From assembly GCA_049967655.1 (NCBI GenBank), contig JBMFSH010000044.1:1-17887 (forward strand): a DNA stretch of 17,887 nt. The letters run 5' to 3'. The first letter of the stretch is position 1. Each line of letters opens with the position of its first letter. The stretch is from Acidobacteriota bacterium. GTDB taxonomy: Bacteria > Acidobacteriota > UBA4820 > DSQY01. Position numbers and translations under genes: made by a program. Below are positions 15,557 to 17,887 of the stretch, piece by piece. The notes below the pieces were generated by a model. It saw nothing but the letters and a program-made list of their open reading frames with translations. It did not search any database and was not told the origin of the DNA.

Positions 15557-15643
15557 GCGGAGGGTCGAGAGCGGAGCGTGGAGCGCGCGTCAGCCCTCAA
15601 CTTTCCACCGGCCTAGCTCCACTCTCCACCCTCCACCCTCCAC
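15557..15643. repeat. Inverted array of GTGGAGG-type heptamers between the hydrogenase gamma and delta genes
   Basis: Left arm GCGGAGG GTCGAGA GCGGAGC GTGGAGC (15557-15584); right arm GCTCCAC TCTCCAC CCTCCAC CCTCCAC (15616-15643). Confidence 0.8.
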
Positions 15644-15646
15644 CCG

Positions 15647-16555
15647 CTAAATGGCTTCCTTGAGGTTGATGGCCGTCCAGTAGTCGAAGACCGGCCCGTC
15701 CTTGCACGTGAAGGTGGAGCCGATGTTGCAGCGGCAGCACTTGCCCATGCCGCAGTGCATGCGCCGCTCCAGGGAGATGAACATGCGCCGCATGGGGATG
15801 CCCATGTCGCCGAGCCTGTTGCAGACGAACTTGAACATGACCGGCGGGCCGCAGACGATGGCGTAGGTCCGGTCCGGCTCGATGGGGATCCGGTCGAGGA
15901 GCTTGGTGACGAGCCCCACCTCGCCCGTCCACCCGTTGCCGCCCTCCTCCACGATGATGGAGAGGTCCACGCCGTCGACGCGGCGCCACTGCTCGTACTG
16001 GTAGTCGAAGAGAAGCTGGTCGGGGCTCTTGGTGCCGTAGAGGATGTGGACGTTCCGGAAGTCGGAGCGGTTCTCCGTCACGTGGAGGATGGCCGAGCGC
16101 AGGGGCGCCAGCCCCAGGCCGCCGGCGATGAGCAGGACGTGGTGGTCCCGCATCATGGACATGGGGAAGGAGGTGCCGAAGGGGCCGCGGATGCCGACGC
16201 GGGCGCCCGTCATGGCCCGGTGGAGGACGGTCGTGACCGTTCCCGCCCTCCGGATGCAGAGCTCGATGAAGCCTCGGTTCGACGCCGAGCCCGAGAGGGA
16301 GATGGGCACCTCGCCGTAGCCGGGCACCTCCACCATCACGAACTGCCCGGGCTGGAAGGTGAAGCGCTGCCGCTCGGCGGCGTCCAGGATGCGGATGTGG
16401 AAGAGCTTCTCCATCTCGGTGAGCTGGGTGATGGAGCTGATCTCGGCCTTGTAGACGCGGTGGGTGTTCATGAGCCGGCTGCGCCGGTTGAAGTCCAGCG
16501 GCTCGGCCATCTCCGCTTCCTGGGTGACCTGGTAGGGCAAGAGCAGGCGCTTCAT
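15647..16555 (-). CDS. Group 3b hydrogenase gamma subunit (FAD/NAD(P)-binding, [2Fe-2S]; AsrB/PyrK-like), 302 aa
   Basis: [50 protein letters not shown]...CKDGPVF. ATGA overlap with beta and a GGAGG RBS. Confidence 0.93.
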   Translation of the reverse strand: MKRLLLPYQVTQEAEMAEPLDFNRRSRLMNTHRVYKAEISSITQLTEMEKLFHIRILDAAERQRFTFQPGQFVMVEVPGYGEVPISLSGSASNRGFIELCIRRAGTVTTVLHRAMTGARVGIRGPFGTSFPMSMMRDHHVLLIAGGLGLAPLRSAILHVTENRSDFRNVHILYGTKSPDQLLFDYQYEQWRRVDGVDLSIIVEEGGNGWTGEVGLVTKLLDRIPIEPDRTYAIVCGPPVMFKFVCNRLGDMGIPMRRMFISLERRMHCGMGKCCRCNIGSTFTCKDGPVFDYWTAINLKEAI

Positions 16556-17595
16556 GGCCCCACCTCCTCCTGAAGCTCGCGGATCACGTCCACGGGGGCG
16601 ATGCCGGCCAGGCAGGCGCGGCCGCACCGGTTGCACCCCACGCACTTGGGCTCCTCGTGCTGCTCGACGAAGCCGCGGTGCTGGTGGTAGTAGCGGTACT
16701 TCAATCGGCTCTCGGGCGTGGGCCGGAAGTTGTGCCCTCCCGCCACCACGGCGAAGTCCACGAGCGTGCAAGCGTGGAGCTGCCGGATCTTGGCCCCCTC
16801 CTGGAAGTCCATAGAGATCCGCTCGTAGACGCCGTGGCAATAGCAGGTGGGGCAGACCATGGCGCAGGTGCCGCAGCTGAGGCACTTGGCGCCCCACTTC
16901 TCCCAGATGGGCGACTTGAACTCGATGTCCAGGAGGTTGGGGAGATTGTTGAGGTTGAGGCCGTTCTCCATGAGGGCGGCGATCCTCTTGCGCTCGGCGA
17001 CGTAGCGGTGGGAGTCCTCGTCGGTGATGGGCTCGGCGCCGAAGCGGTCGATCAGGGTGAGGCCCCGGTCCGAACCCACCGCTGCGAAGTACCTCTCGCC
17101 GATGTCCGTCAGGAAGAGGTCGAAGCCGTGCGTGACGGTGTCCGTGCCGAGCGAGCGGCAGAAGGCCCCCTCGCAGGGATCGTGGTCGATGCCCAGGATG
17201 AAGGTGTTGCGCCGCCGGGAGAGGTAGTAGGGGCTCGGGTACCAGTCCCTGGCGAAGACCTTGTCGAGCTTCAGTAGGGCGTGGATGTCGCAGGCGTGCA
17301 GGCCGATGAGGGCCCGCGGCTCGGCCCGGTAGCGGATCTCCTGATCCCAGTCTCCGTCCTTGAATCGGTAGGTGGAGAGCCGCTCGCGGAACGGCAGAAA
17401 GTAGGTCTTGGCCGAGTACTCGGTGGTGTCGTAGGAGAGGTCGATCTCGTCGAACCGCTGCACGGGCAGAAACTGGTAGACTGGCTTCCCGTGCCGGTCC
17501 GTACTCACCCGTTTTGGCCCCACCCCTTCGCATTCCGCAAGGAGGGTTTCGACGACGGAGCGGAGTGCCCCCTTCCTCAGCGTTTTGTAGAGCAT
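16552..17595 (-). CDS. Group 3b hydrogenase beta subunit (4Fe-4S dicluster; AsrA-like), 347 aa
   Basis: [57 protein letters not shown] before ATG 17595. Confidence 0.92.
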   Translation of the reverse strand: MLYKTLRKGALRSVVETLLAECEGVGPKRVSTDRHGKPVYQFLPVQRFDEIDLSYDTTEYSAKTYFLPFRERLSTYRFKDGDWDQEIRYRAEPRALIGLHACDIHALLKLDKVFARDWYPSPYYLSRRRNTFILGIDHDPCEGAFCRSLGTDTVTHGFDLFLTDIGERYFAAVGSDRGLTLIDRFGAEPITDEDSHRYVAERKRIAALMENGLNLNNLPNLLDIEFKSPIWEKWGAKCLSCGTCAMVCPTCYCHGVYERISMDFQEGAKIRQLHACTLVDFAVVAGGHNFRPTPESRLKYRYYHQHRGFVEQHEEPKCVGCNRCGRACLAGIAPVDVIRELQEEVGP

Positions 17596-17887
17596 CACCC
17601 CCTCCCCCGGGGGCCGGCGAGGCGGCGCGCAGCCTATCGCGGTCCCGCTGACCAGAAGATAGGGCCCCGTCCCGGCCTTGTCCCAAACAGATACGCTTCC
17701 ATCGAAGCCAACAAGCGAATTCACCCACTTCGCCAATCGGGACGGCAAACGGCCGCGGCGTCTTCCAAATGTGGCCTTCCAAAACAAACTCAGCTCGCAC
17801 TTGGAGGGGGTGCCTTCCGGAGCGAAGCGGAGGAAGGCGCGTTCCGGCGCCGATGGGCCTCATGAGAGGAAGGTGAGGCGGCCGCAC

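Noticed and set aside
15647..17595. Anaerobic sulfite reductase asrAB
   Set aside because: The subunits are homologous, but they are followed by [NiFe] small and large subunits rather than asrC, so they are hydrogenase beta and gamma.
485..17865. Numerous long antisense and alternate-frame ORFs (e.g. 485-1612, 1381-2997, 3527-4903, 6994-8754, 8963-10450, 10123-11586, 13462-14880)
   Set aside because: They overlap well-supported genes, have low-complexity composition and show no family motifs, as expected for high-GC shadows.
16556..17887. 746-aa ORF suggesting an extended gamma subunit
   Set aside because: The upstream part is an off-frame reading of the beta gene. Gamma starts at 16555 with an RBS and ATGA overlap.

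Overview
GC-rich (roughly two-thirds G+C by eye) bacterial chromosomal segment; the lineage cannot be fixed from sequence alone. From left to right: the 3' remnant of an IS1634-like transposase cut off by a lower-GC segment; a translationally coupled leuB-like dehydrogenase plus LeuC/LeuD (HacAB-type) dehydratase cluster with no synthase in view; a convergent MocR/GabR regulator and stand-alone class I PLP aminotransferase, with repeated ATTGG/CCAAT boxes around a sigma70-like promoter; an uncharacterised Cys-rich secreted protein; a Zn/NADPH alcohol dehydrogenase; an S11 D,D-carboxypeptidase divergent from a small YXWGXW-repeat lipoprotein; pheA; and a four-gene group 3b [NiFe]-hydrogenase operon (beta-gamma-delta-alpha). 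Most genes belong to known families. The points most worth checking are a hydrogenase large subunit that stops at the terminal His with no cleavable extension, altered specificity residues in the leuBCD-like cluster next to a LysN-like aminotransferase, the unknown secreted protein, a possible RNA switch ahead of the lipoprotein, and several short-period repeat and REP-like elements in the spacers. I found no clearly new system; these are leads only.
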